Positions 25,245 through 34,309 of a DNA stretch of 43,432 nt are shown here, one piece after another; within the stretch, counting starts at the first letter, position 1, and each line of letters begins with the position of its first letter. The DNA is taken from the IMG/VR virus record IMGVR_UViG_3300027834_000003. One strand, 5' to 3'. The translations under genes and the position numbers were made by a program. The stretch comes from a virus. The notes under the pieces are model-generated. The model was not told the origin of the DNA and did not search any database. It worked only from the letters and a program-made list of their open reading frames with translations.

Positions 25245-25477
25245 TGACTATTCAATATGAAGGAAATGATATGCACACTATCTATTTGGAAAATAGAAGT
25301 ATTATAATATCTAAAGCCGAAATCAATGAAATTCAAGAGTTTAATTTAGAAACTGAGAGGGATTTTGAAAAAACTCGTGAAGAAATGCAAGATGAGATTG
25401 ATGCAAAAGATGACAAAATCTTAGAATTGACTCTTCAAATCATGGAGTATGAGGGAAAAGGTAGTAACGACACCTAA
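25244..25477 (+). CDS. Small acidic coiled-coil protein
   Basis: 77-aa ORF overlapping the previous stop. It is strongly Glu/Asp-rich. Confidence 0.6.
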   Translation: MTIQYEGNDMHTIYLENRSIIISKAEINEIQEFNLETERDFEKTREEMQDEIDAKDDKILELTLQIMEYEGKGSNDT

Positions 25478-25807
25478 AATCTTACTACTTTTTACTACCT
25501 CGTTACTACCGCTGTACTTCCACGCACAAGGAGGCTACAGCCAAAGGTAGTAAGGTAGTAATCTTATATGTCACAAGGAAGAAGTTTTAATTTAGAAAAA
25601 AATAAAAGATATTTAGTAAAGGAGGGAATATTTACTACTTTACTACACCATATATTTTATTCTTATCAAACCACCACCACCACGGCACAAAACGGGGTAG
25701 TAAAGTGGTAGTTTTTAGGGAGTAAAATGTAGTAATGAAAAATTTTAATAACATGGTTCGTTGCCCAACGCAACGATGTTTGAGATGGTAGTAATACCCA
25801 TTACTAC
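25461..25807. repeat. Iteron-like cluster: 12 exact copies of TTACTAC/GTAGTAA
   Basis: Forward copies at 25482, 25492, 25503, 25632, 25640 and 25801. Reverse copies at 25461, 25547, 25555, 25697, 25729 and 25788. Degenerate copies are also present. The last pair forms an 8-bp inverted repeat (25788-25807). Confidence 0.9.
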
Positions 25808-25820
25808 TTTTATTTACAAA

Positions 25821-25834
25821 TTTATGATATACTT
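25821..25834 (+). promoter_or_regulatory. Extended -10 promoter-like motif TTTATGATATACTT (second copy)
   Basis: Identical to the minus-strand 14-mer at 18744-18757. It lies 12 nt upstream of the long hairpin. Confidence 0.4.
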
Positions 25835-25845
25835 TCAACATAAGA

Positions 25846-25912
25846 ACGATTAATCTCGTGTCTCCCATGACACAACTTTTCCATCTTCGGATGGAGACAC
25901 GAGATTAGTCGT
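25846..25912 (+). promoter_or_regulatory. Long hairpin: 20-bp stem with one G-T pair and a 27-nt loop containing a ccatcTTCGgatgg mini-hairpin
   Basis: acgattaatctcgtgtctcc (25846-25865) pairs with ggagacacgagattagtcgt (25893-12). A third copy of gggagacac at 25945-25953 is followed by tcttttt. Confidence 0.85.
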
Positions 25913-25996
25913 AACTTTTAACTAAGTCCAAAGAGAATTGTTGTGGGAGACACTCTTTTTGTAGGCTATACAAACTTATACCCAAAAGGAGGAAAC

Positions 25997-26191
25997 ATGT
26001 TGAAAGAGATGTTAATCAAAGAAACGTTTACGTACGACAAGTCTACGGACGAAATCGGTTGGTTACATTTGAACGCTCACAGCAGTAACAAACCTACTGT
26101 TCACAAGGGTAAGTATAAGAGACCACCCTATTGCGTTGCTAGGAATGGTAAACACTGTGCTGTTACATTAATCAAGGAGGTGTTAGGATGA
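25997..26191 (+). CDS. Small hypothetical protein upstream of the primase
   Basis: I moved the start to the ATG at 25997, which has an AGGAGG RBS 5 nt upstream. 64 aa. The ORF-track GTG start at 25943 lies inside the repeat. Confidence 0.6.
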   Translation: MLKEMLIKETFTYDKSTDEIGWLHLNAHSSNKPTVHKGKYKRPPYCVARNGKHCAVTLIKEVLG

Positions 26192-28572
26192 ATAATACTC
26201 TCAAAGATGCTTATGAACAATATCGTTCTAAAGGGTTTATATTACAAAAATCTGCACGATACAAAAAACATGCGTTCAGAGAGGGTGCTTACGCTGACCG
26301 TGAAAACGAGAAATTAGTTGACAGTGCTACGGGTTATGTTGGTATCATTCCACCAAATCTGATTATTGTTGACAATGACAAGTATGAGGAACATAATGAG
26401 TTTGATAAACTACTCAAAGACCTTGACTTAGACTACACACCCGAACCATTTGCTTTAACACCTAGTGGTGGTGAGCATTACGCTTTTGAAAATCCAAACA
26501 CTGACATGGTAATCGGTACACACGGTTACAAGGCTGTTGACATATACGCTGGTTATCAATCGGTTATTCCTATCGTTGGTACAACTGTTAAAAACAAGCA
26601 AGATGTTCTAGCCTCATACGAATGGGCTGATGATATTACTGAAGAGTTTATTGTCAACAAATTTGATGACTCGATGTTGGAAGTTCTAAAAATGAGGGAA
26701 CGGGCTGAAGCTTCAAATAATCCATACGATGATGACATGGGTTTAAGTGTTGCTATCAAAGCTGAGAATATGCCCGATGAAGAAATCAAATCTTTACTCG
26801 AAGCATTACCTGAGAATTTAGACTACGACACTTGGATAGCTGTAGGTATGTGTATCTATGACAGATATGAAGCTAACGAAGATGGTTTAAAACTCTTCAA
26901 AGAATTTTCTAAGAGGTCTTCAGAGAAATATGAAGAAGAGTTAACTCTTAAAAAGTGGAACTCAGGAGCATTAAAACCTACTCAAACTACCTACAAGAGA
27001 TTGAGAAGTATCACCAACGAGTTATCTCTGAAAGATATTGAGACAGACATAACAACTGCTAGTGAGAAAGATTTGCGAAAGATTATTAAAAACGTAGCAT
27101 CTATGCCTCGTTTAAATACTCGTGGAAAACTTGATGACAAGGTTCGTGATGATTTGGCTGTTAAGATAAACACTCGTATGAAAGACCTTAAAAAACTTGA
27201 CCCGACTGTAAAGGTTGTTCAAGCACGTACTCTTACAAAAGAGATGCAACATGAGGTTAGTGAGGAAGAGATTGAAGAGAAAGGTATTGATGCTAAAGCC
27301 TACCTAAAGGGTACAAAATATGTAGTCCGTATTGGTAAGAAAAAAGTTGAAGACCTCAGTGCTACAAGTGCTGTAACCACTCTGACAAATCTTGGAATAC
27401 CAAACGCTATGGCTAAGACAATAGTTAACAAAGCTACTGTAATCAGCGGTACAGAGATGACAACAGATTATATGCTGGGTCAAGATATTTCTTACAACAT
27501 TGAGAACGCAGAGGGTGTTGAGAAACTTCCACTGCTTGTTGCTAGAAAAGACCCGTTCTATGATGTGAAAAGTTACATCGAGAACGAGGAGATAATCAAT
27601 GACTTCATGCAAAAGATTTGGAACGGTAAGGCTCAAGATATTGTTGAGTTAATCGCTCTAAGTATTCGCTATGGTGAACAAAAGTTAAATCGTTTAATGA
27701 CAGTTGCACCCTCTAACACGGGTAAGACTGAGATTTATACGATGCTTGGTTTTCAAAAGATAACTATGCCTCGTTTACTTAACGGTTTACGTGGTGACAA
27801 AGGTATTGGTACACAAGTTGTCAACGGTGTTAAAGACAGTGGGTTACTCCTGATAGATGAGGCTAACAAAGCTTTAGAAGCTGAGATTAAAGACCTTGAT
27901 AAAGACTTGTATGTTGATGAGTTTGGTGCCGGTGGTGGTACGCAAAAGATTAAGTTGCACTTCACTGCATTGACATCAACACACAAGACAGCCACACGTA
28001 ATAATTCAGATGAATTATACAATCGTTTCTTACAAGTGGAGTTATTGGAAAGTGAGACAGCATATCACGTTACACACAGTCCTATATTCCAACAAGACAG
28101 CGTGTTATATACTGAGGTAATAAGCTCGTATCTTCGTTACCATTTCAAAAAATGTTTGACTGAAGACATGTACGACAAGCAATACTTTAGTGAGCTGCAA
28201 GGTAAGTACAGACTACCTCTCAACAATGACCTAGATGAGTTCCTTTATGGTGTCTCTGAACAAGTCATATCTAATCTAAAGCATTTAGCTTCAGATGAGG
28301 GTGACATACTTATCAGACAAGGTGAGTATTACGCTAAACGCAAGGGTGATATAACAGCTATGATAGAAGACCTACTCAAAGAAGTATCTTCAATAGACCA
28401 CGGTAAATACGGGGAAAAAATAGCTAGTCATTTCATCGGTGCTCAAAGCAAGACAATTAAAATCAACGGTAAACCCGTTAAGTATTACCCGTTAAATCTA
28501 AAGACATATACTCAAGACAAAGAACAACAAGTTGTTGACGAATTTGAGGACTTGGACTTAGAAGAATTTTAG
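26188..28572 (+). CDS. Bifunctional primase-polymerase (prim-pol) / PriCT-2 / SF3 (D5/P4-type) helicase
   Basis: 794 aa. IIVDNDK and TPSGGEHYAF are prim-pol motifs. LDYDTWIAVGMCIY...KKWNS is PriCT-like. Walker A is APSNTGKT and Walker B is LLLIDEANK. Confidence 0.85.
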   Translation: MNNTLKDAYEQYRSKGFILQKSARYKKHAFREGAYADRENEKLVDSATGYVGIIPPNLIIVDNDKYEEHNEFDKLLKDLDLDYTPEPFALTPSGGEHYAFENPNTDMVIGTHGYKAVDIYAGYQSVIPIVGTTVKNKQDVLASYEWADDITEEFIVNKFDDSMLEVLKMRERAEASNNPYDDDMGLSVAIKAENMPDEEIKSLLEALPENLDYDTWIAVGMCIYDRYEANEDGLKLFKEFSKRSSEKYEEELTLKKWNSGALKPTQTTYKRLRSITNELSLKDIETDITTASEKDLRKIIKNVASMPRLNTRGKLDDKVRDDLAVKINTRMKDLKKLDPTVKVVQARTLTKEMQHEVSEEEIEEKGIDAKAYLKGTKYVVRIGKKKVEDLSATSAVTTLTNLGIPNAMAKTIVNKATVISGTEMTTDYMLGQDISYNIENAEGVEKLPLLVARKDPFYDVKSYIENEEIINDFMQKIWNGKAQDIVELIALSIRYGEQKLNRLMTVAPSNTGKTEIYTMLGFQKITMPRLLNGLRGDKGIGTQVVNGVKDSGLLLIDEANKALEAEIKDLDKDLYVDEFGAGGGTQKIKLHFTALTSTHKTATRNNSDELYNRFLQVELLESETAYHVTHSPIFQQDSVLYTEVISSYLRYHFKKCLTEDMYDKQYFSELQGKYRLPLNNDLDEFLYGVSEQVISNLKHLASDEGDILIRQGEYYAKRKGDITAMIEDLLKEVSSIDHGKYGEKIASHFIGAQSKTIKINGKPVKYYPLNLKTYTQDKEQQVVDEFEDLDLEEF

Positions 28573-28576
28573 TAAG

Positions 28577-28594
28577 GCTTAAGGAAACTTAAGC
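28577..28594 (+). terminator. 7-bp stem with GAAA tetraloop directly after the primase stop
   Basis: gcttaag-gaaa-cttaagc. The downstream T-tract is weak. Confidence 0.3.
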
Positions 28595-28633
28595 TAAACT
28601 TTCAATATACAAATAAAACTAAAAGGATAAAAA

Positions 28634-29014
28634 GTGAAAATCACATTTAACACATTATGCGAAAAAGAAGTAAATGAGGCGGTCTCATATTTACAAAGTA
28701 TAGGTATGGTTCCAATAGATATACCACAAGTGGCTGTCAGCGTAACAGAAACAGTACCAGAAGAGCCAAACGAGGTTGAAGTAATACCTGAACCTACCCC
28801 TAAGCCTAAAAGAGCTTCTAAGCCAAAAGCTGAGCCTAAAAAAGAAACGGGAATTACATTAGCTGATTTAAAAGAATCTGCTAAAAATGCTGTAACTCGT
28901 TCTTCAAGAGAAGATGTTAAGAAGACTATTGGTGAGTTCGCTGAGAAATTAGTTGAAGTTAAAGAAGCTGACTACGGTAAGCTTTATAAAAAACTTCAAG
29001 AATTAGGTGCGTAA
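28634..29014 (+). CDS. Hypothetical protein with a Pro/Lys/Glu-rich linker
   Basis: 126-aa ORF with a GTG start and an AAAGGA RBS. It lies directly upstream of the DUF2800-type nuclease. Confidence 0.6.
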   Translation: MKITFNTLCEKEVNEAVSYLQSIGMVPIDIPQVAVSVTETVPEEPNEVEVIPEPTPKPKRASKPKAEPKKETGITLADLKESAKNAVTRSSREDVKKTIGEFAEKLVEVKEADYGKLYKKLQELGA

Positions 29015-30135
29015 TGAAACACGCTAGATTAAGCCCATCGAGTTCTGCTCGTTGGTTAAGTTGCACAGCTTCGGTTGAAGCCTCTGAGAGTTATGAGAAC
29101 AAAGGTAACTCTGCTTCTATATGGGGTACTAATGTACACTACTTAGGTGAGCAATTACTTATTGGTAATGATGTTGAAGTTGGTCAAGAACACACTGAGC
29201 AAGGTGTTAAGTTCACAGTTGATGAAGAGATGTTGCGTGTTGCTGAAGAGTATGCTGACTATGTTAACTCATTCATTGACAATGAGAGTGTTACACTAAT
29301 CGAAGAACAATTTGATTTAGGTTTTATATCACCTAATCAATTCGGTACTTCTGATGCAACGGTTCTTAATGGTACACATCTTCACGTTATGGACTTAAAA
29401 ACTGGTCACGGTATAGTGATGGCTGAACATAATACTCAACTAATGTTATACGCTCTTGGAGCATTGCATGAGTTGGAAGATATTTACGACATCGAAACTG
29501 TTACACTCCATATCGTACAAACTCGTGCCGGTCATATTGACACGTGGGAATTAGATGTTAAAACTCTAAAGTTATTTGAGATGATTGCTAAGGCTCAGGC
29601 TGAAGCTATTATCAATGGTGACACTGAGTTCACACCATCTGAGAAAGCTTGTAAATGGTGTAACCACGCTGTAAATTGTGAGGCTCTTAAGGCTCATGTT
29701 GAAGCAACTGTAAAAGGTGCGTTTGAAAACCTAGAGGACATTGATGGTCAAGCTGACTTGATAGACACAAACCACATCAAAAAGATACTTGACAATAAAG
29801 AGTTGATAACTAGATTTATCAAAGCTGTAGAAGCCCGTAGCCTTGAATTAATGCAAGAGGGTACAGTTATTGATGGTTACAAGTTGGTCGAGTCTAAGAC
29901 TAATCGCAAGTGGGAAGACGAAGAGGCTGTTGCAAAATACCTTAATCGTAAAATTCCAGCTGACAAGTTGTGGAGTAAAAAACTTATTCCTATGACACAG
30001 ATATTAAAGCTTAGACCTAAAGATAAAAAACTACAAGAGATGTTAATCAAGCCCGAGGGTCAACCTACTGTTGCACCGTTATCGGATAAAAGAAAACCTA
30101 TCGGCGCTGTTGCTGATGAATTTGAGGAGTGTTAA
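29014..30135 (+). CDS. PD-(D/E)XK nuclease, DUF2800/Cas4-like
   Basis: 373 aa. N-terminal ARLSPSSSARWLSC, then VMDLKTGHG, NTQLMLYALG and the C-terminal Cys cluster CKWCNHAVNC. Confidence 0.8.
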   Translation: MKHARLSPSSSARWLSCTASVEASESYENKGNSASIWGTNVHYLGEQLLIGNDVEVGQEHTEQGVKFTVDEEMLRVAEEYADYVNSFIDNESVTLIEEQFDLGFISPNQFGTSDATVLNGTHLHVMDLKTGHGIVMAEHNTQLMLYALGALHELEDIYDIETVTLHIVQTRAGHIDTWELDVKTLKLFEMIAKAQAEAIINGDTEFTPSEKACKWCNHAVNCEALKAHVEATVKGAFENLEDIDGQADLIDTNHIKKILDNKELITRFIKAVEARSLELMQEGTVIDGYKLVESKTNRKWEDEEAVAKYLNRKIPADKLWSKKLIPMTQILKLRPKDKKLQEMLIKPEGQPTVAPLSDKRKPIGAVADEFEEC

Positions 30136-30207
30136 TTCACTCCCCTTTATGTGTTGCCTGAAATGGCTTCTTAAAAACTAAAACTAAAATGCTATAAGGA
30201 TAAAATC

Positions 30208-30720
30208 ATGGCAACTATTAAAATTCCAAATGCTCGTTTGAGCTTCCCAAGTCTATTTCAAAAAGCTAACTTCAATGGTGATGTTACTAAGTACGAAGCT
30301 ACAGTGTTGTTTCCTAAGTCGGACACAAAAACTTATGATGCAGTTATGTCTGCTATTGAAGAGTGTAAAAAAGCTAACAAGCTAAAAGTTGGTGCTGACA
30401 AACTATTCATCAAGGATGGTGATGATAGTGAGTATGATGGTTATGAGGGTCATTGGGCTATTAAAGCTTCTAACAACAAACGTCCTACTGTAATCAATCG
30501 TGACAAAACTCCTCTTGTAGAAGAAGATGAGGTTATGTATGCTGGTTGTTACGTAAATGCGATTATCGAACCGTGGGGTCAAAACAACTCATGGGGTAAA
30601 CGTATTAATGCTAACTTGCTTGGTGTTCAATTTGTTAAAGATGGTGAGCCGTTCTCAGATGGCGGTAAAACTGCTGATGTTGACGACTTTGAAGACATCG
30701 AAGACGAAGAAGAGTATTAG
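30208..30720 (+). CDS. ssDNA-binding protein, DUF2815 type
   Basis: 170 aa. It begins with ...ARLSFPSLF, has an acidic C-terminal tail DDFEDIEDEEEY, and is adjacent to the DUF2800-type gene. Confidence 0.75.
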   Translation: MATIKIPNARLSFPSLFQKANFNGDVTKYEATVLFPKSDTKTYDAVMSAIEECKKANKLKVGADKLFIKDGDDSEYDGYEGHWAIKASNNKRPTVINRDKTPLVEEDEVMYAGCYVNAIIEPWGQNNSWGKRINANLLGVQFVKDGEPFSDGGKTADVDDFEDIEDEEEY

Positions 30721-30727
30721 ATTGCTA

Positions 30728-30753
30728 GACTGACCGAAAATAATCGGTCAGTC
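30728..30753 (+). terminator. 10-bp perfect stem / 6-nt loop hairpin after the SSB gene
   Basis: gactgaccga-aaataa-tcggtcagtc. There is no U-tract. Confidence 0.35.
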
Positions 30754-30803
30754 AATGGAGTCTAACTTCAAATAAAGTGTTTAATCACACTATAAAAGGA
30801 TAA

Positions 30804-31838
30804 ATGATGACAACTGAACAAATGAAAAAAGAGTATGAAGCTAACCAAGACTTAGTAAGATATGGGTTTCCTACAAAAACGACAAATAAAAGATTTGTAA
30901 AAATAGGGAGAGGGGATAAAAATTGGCATAATTATTGGACATACAAACTAATCCTAAAAGAACACGAACATATTAGTGATGCAGTTATAGCTAATCCTGA
31001 TGTGGAAGTGGAGTTTATGGATAGTGAAGCACTTAAATATTTTATCAGTGTTGATAAAGGTGCTTTCTTTAATGGGTATCAACCATGTTTTGATTACAGA
31101 CTAGCAAAAGCCAAATGCGATGGTAGATGGAATGGTTACTATATCGAAGCATCAAAAGAAGCTTATGATAAGTTAGTAGAGTTGGGGTATGAAGATGACT
31201 ATAATTATGAATATTATGTTAATGACGATAGACAATTCATCGGAATAATTGATAACGAAATATGTGGGTATAAAAGAAACCCATCGCTTAAACCATTCTA
31301 CCTAGTAGATGGAAAGTTTGCAGAAACTAAAGGGGAAAAAGATGAAACTGATACCATATCTACTAATACCAATATTAACACTAATAATGATGCTAATGTT
31401 AACGTTACTACCATTTCAATAAAAGACAAACAAGGCAAAGAGTATAGCTTACAAGACTTTGAAAAAGATATACATAATTTGTATGATGGAGATTTTAGAA
31501 TTGATATTACTACAATGTTCAAAGATAAAAGTGTTCATTTAGATTTTTACTATGGAATAAAATTTGAATCAACTAGCACACAAATTGATGATGCTTTAAG
31601 AGCTGTTTTAAAACAAGTTGAAGGCTACCTAACACCTATAAAACCAAAATGGTATGAAGATGAGAATAATTTTCCAGCATTGATAGTTTATGAAGAAGAA
31701 CCTCTTAGAATATCAGTTACAACTAAAATAGAAGATGATAAGTTTTACGACTCTCTTGATTTTATAGGACATCAATATCAATGCAGACTAGCAACCAAAG
31801 AGGAACTAATGAGCCTCCATTATTTAGATAAGGAGTAA
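30804..31838 (+). CDS. Hypothetical two-domain protein with an Asn/Thr low-complexity linker
   Basis: 344-aa ORF. By eye every Arg codon is AGA, and GGG/GGA are frequent, unlike the neighbouring genes. Confidence 0.65.
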   Translation: MMTTEQMKKEYEANQDLVRYGFPTKTTNKRFVKIGRGDKNWHNYWTYKLILKEHEHISDAVIANPDVEVEFMDSEALKYFISVDKGAFFNGYQPCFDYRLAKAKCDGRWNGYYIEASKEAYDKLVELGYEDDYNYEYYVNDDRQFIGIIDNEICGYKRNPSLKPFYLVDGKFAETKGEKDETDTISTNTNINTNNDANVNVTTISIKDKQGKEYSLQDFEKDIHNLYDGDFRIDITTMFKDKSVHLDFYYGIKFESTSTQIDDALRAVLKQVEGYLTPIKPKWYEDENNFPALIVYEEEPLRISVTTKIEDDKFYDSLDFIGHQYQCRLATKEELMSLHYLDKE

Positions 31839-31842
31839 GGTT

Positions 31843-31932
31843 ATGGATAATAGAGAACAATTAAGAGTAATAGGACTAGCATTAATTACAGCAAGTATTT
31901 TGATGTCAATATTACTAATAGCTATGTTGTAA
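31843..31932 (+). CDS. 29-aa single-TM micro-ORF
   Basis: MDNREQLRVIGLALITASILMSILLIAML with an AAGGAG RBS 7 nt upstream. Confidence 0.4.
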   Translation: MDNREQLRVIGLALITASILMSILLIAML

Positions 31933-31942
31933 AGGATAACTA

Positions 31943-32203
31943 ATGTTATGTAAAGCAGAAAAAATAGATGGTAGTGGAGAAATTGAGGGGTATTTGCATA
32001 AACATTTAGACGAATACTCAATTTTTAAAGATGAAGTAGCAGAAAGATGGGGAGAATTAACAACAATCTCTAGTGGTTATAAAATAAAACCTGAAACACT
32101 CAAATACTCATTTGATGGTGGTAAGAGTTGGTATAGTGAGGATAAGATACAAATTATCTTAGCTAGACGTGAAGCAATGGCTATTAAAGGAGTTAAACAA
32201 TGA
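31943..32203 (+). CDS. Hypothetical protein
   Basis: 86-aa ORF with an AAGGAT RBS. It overlaps the polymerase start (ATGA). Confidence 0.6.
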   Translation: MLCKAEKIDGSGEIEGYLHKHLDEYSIFKDEVAERWGELTTISSGYKIKPETLKYSFDGGKSWYSEDKIQIILARREAMAIKGVKQ

Positions 32204-33999
32204 CTAAATTAATCTGCCTTGACATAGAGGTTCTTCCCAATTATTTTTTGATAGTTATTAAAGGTTTACAATCTAATAAATATCTAAAGATGGATATGTA
32301 CGGGGCTGGTACTAAACTAACCAAAGAGCAAAGAAGTAAGCTTAACAACATGTTAAGTAAATATACTTCTTTCGGATATAACTCACTAAGATACGATATG
32401 CCTCAAATCAATTACGCACTAAGTGGTGCCACATGTCGAGAGCTTTATGAAAACTCTAAGAAGATTATTGAAAACAATCAACCTGATTTCATAACTTACC
32501 GTAACTTAGGTATTGACCCTAGACCTTACGACCATTTTGATGTAATGGAACCATCACCAGCGGTAATGATTTCATTAAAGAATTATGGTACTCGTGTTGG
32601 CTCTAAGAAGCTGCAAGAGTTTTATCTTGACCCACATACAGCAATCAATGAAGACCAAATACGAGGACTTACAAAATATTGTGAGAATGATGTTGAAGTC
32701 ACTGTTGATTTATACGAAGCGATTAAAGACCGTATAGAACTGCGTGTAGAGATGGGTAAACAATATGGGCTTGACCTACGTTCTAAATCAGATGCACAAA
32801 TAGCTGAGACAGTTATCACTTCAGAGTTAAAGAAGATGGGTGTCACTGCTAGGAAACCTGAGTTAAGCAACTCGTTTAAAGCACATTACACTGCTCCTGA
32901 TTATGTTAAATTTAAAGACAAAAAGCTTAACGAATTAGTTGAGATGTTAGAAGATATAAATTTTGAAGTAGCTTCTAACGGTGCTGTTAAGATGCCTAAG
33001 ATTTTAGCTAATCATAAAATTGTTATCGGTGACACGACATACAAAATGGGTATCGGTGGGTTGCACTCACAAGAGAAGTCTATTAGTGTTGTATCAAACG
33101 AGACACATGTTATGCGTAATGCTGACTTCGATGCTTACTACCCGTTTATTATATTAAATCAAGGTCTTTATCCTAAACATCTAGGTGATAAGTTCTTGAC
33201 TGTTTATAGGTCGATAGTTGAGAGACGTATGAAAGCAAAACGTGAGGGTGATAAAGTTGTAAACAGTTCACTTAAGATTGTTATCAATGGGTCATTTGGA
33301 AAGTTTGGCTCAAAGTATTCTAAACTATATTCACCCAACATGTTACTGGCTACAACGATTACTGGACAGCTAACACTGCTTATGTTAATAGAACAGATGG
33401 AACTTAACGATATTCCAGTAGTGTCTGCTAACACGGATGGTCTTGAATATTTTTGTCCTCGTGATAAAGTGGCTCTAGCTGAAGCTATTGTTTTTGACTT
33501 AGAACTTGTAACCGGATTTAATATGGAACACGGTGAGTATAAATCTTTACACGCTAAAGATGTTAATAACTACGTTGCTGTTTATGATGGTGAGACTAAA
33601 GCTAAAGGTATTTACGCTGAGACAACATTAAGTAAAGGTCGAAGTACACCTATAGTTTATGAGGCTATCAGAAAGTATTTACTTGATGGTACAAGTTTTC
33701 ACACAACAATAACTACGTGTAAAGATATAAATCAATTTGTATCTGCCCGTACAGTTAAGAGTGGTGGAGTTTACAAAGGTGAGTATCTTGGAAAGATGGT
33801 ACGTTGGTATTACTCAACAGATGGTGACAAGATTACTTACAGTAACAACGGAAACCTTGTACCAAAGACAGCTGAGGGAAATGGTGTTAGACCTATGATG
33901 GATTTAACAGAGGACATACCTGAAGATATGGACTACGATTGGTACTTTGATGAAGCAGTATCAAAATTAAAAGACTTAGGAGTTGATTATGAGTTGTAG
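32200..33999 (+). CDS. DNA polymerase, compact family-B type with 3'-5' exonuclease
   Basis: 599 aa. Exo I is CLDIEV, Exo II is YNSLRYD, Exo III is YCENDV. Motif A is DFDAYYPFII (compare DxxSLYPS), motif B is KIVINGSFGKFG (compare KxxxNSxYG), motif C is ANTDG (compare DTDS). Confidence 0.85.
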   Translation: MTKLICLDIEVLPNYFLIVIKGLQSNKYLKMDMYGAGTKLTKEQRSKLNNMLSKYTSFGYNSLRYDMPQINYALSGATCRELYENSKKIIENNQPDFITYRNLGIDPRPYDHFDVMEPSPAVMISLKNYGTRVGSKKLQEFYLDPHTAINEDQIRGLTKYCENDVEVTVDLYEAIKDRIELRVEMGKQYGLDLRSKSDAQIAETVITSELKKMGVTARKPELSNSFKAHYTAPDYVKFKDKKLNELVEMLEDINFEVASNGAVKMPKILANHKIVIGDTTYKMGIGGLHSQEKSISVVSNETHVMRNADFDAYYPFIILNQGLYPKHLGDKFLTVYRSIVERRMKAKREGDKVVNSSLKIVINGSFGKFGSKYSKLYSPNMLLATTITGQLTLLMLIEQMELNDIPVVSANTDGLEYFCPRDKVALAEAIVFDLELVTGFNMEHGEYKSLHAKDVNNYVAVYDGETKAKGIYAETTLSKGRSTPIVYEAIRKYLLDGTSFHTTITTCKDINQFVSARTVKSGGVYKGEYLGKMVRWYYSTDGDKITYSNNGNLVPKTAEGNGVRPMMDLTEDIPEDMDYDWYFDEAVSKLKDLGVDYEL

Positions 34000-34309
34000 T
34001 AATGGTAAAGGTGATTGTTTTAAAGTAGCGTTTGAAATGCTATTGGAAGATGAAAATATGATTTTAGTGCATGGTTTACCTTTTGGTACTGGGGGTGATG
34101 CTGAGGGATTGAGATATAACCATGCTTGGTGTGAGTTGGATGGCTTGGTTTATGATGGAACAATACCCATCATAATAAATAAAGAGGAATATTACAAGCT
34201 TGGAGATATTCAAATAACTTACAAATATAACAGAGAGGAAGCTCTTAAAAAGATTTTTGAAACTGAGATTTATGGTTGTTGGGAAGATGAGCTAAAGGAG
34301 TATCCATAA
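33989..34309 (+). CDS. Hypothetical protein
   Basis: I moved the start to the ATG at 33989, which has an AGGAG RBS 6 nt upstream. 106 aa. Confidence 0.6.
   Translation: MSCSNGKGDCFKVAFEMLLEDENMILVHGLPFGTGGDAEGLRYNHAWCELDGLVYDGTIPIIINKEEYYKLGDIQITYKYNREEALKKIFETEIYGCWEDELKEYP

Noticed and set aside
25461-25807. The repeat cluster as a CRISPR array
   Set aside because: The units are only 7 bp, occur in both orientations and have irregular 8-90 bp spacing. There are no 25-40 bp repeats with unique spacers and no cas genes.
25568-25868. The 47-codon plus ORF (25568-25711) and 77-aa minus ORF (25635-25868) in the iteron region
   Set aside because: Neither has a convincing RBS. Their compositions are driven by the repeats: TTTTT from the (CCA)n run, WWWW on the opposite strand, and the hairpin arm giving MGDT.
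30804-33999. Protein-primed replication: a phi29-like compact PolB with the upstream 344-aa ORF as terminal protein
   Set aside because: The genome assembles as a circle or concatemer. It carries a T7-like terminase and a prim-pol/helicase. No inverted terminal repeats are present. The idea rests only on polymerase size and motif style.
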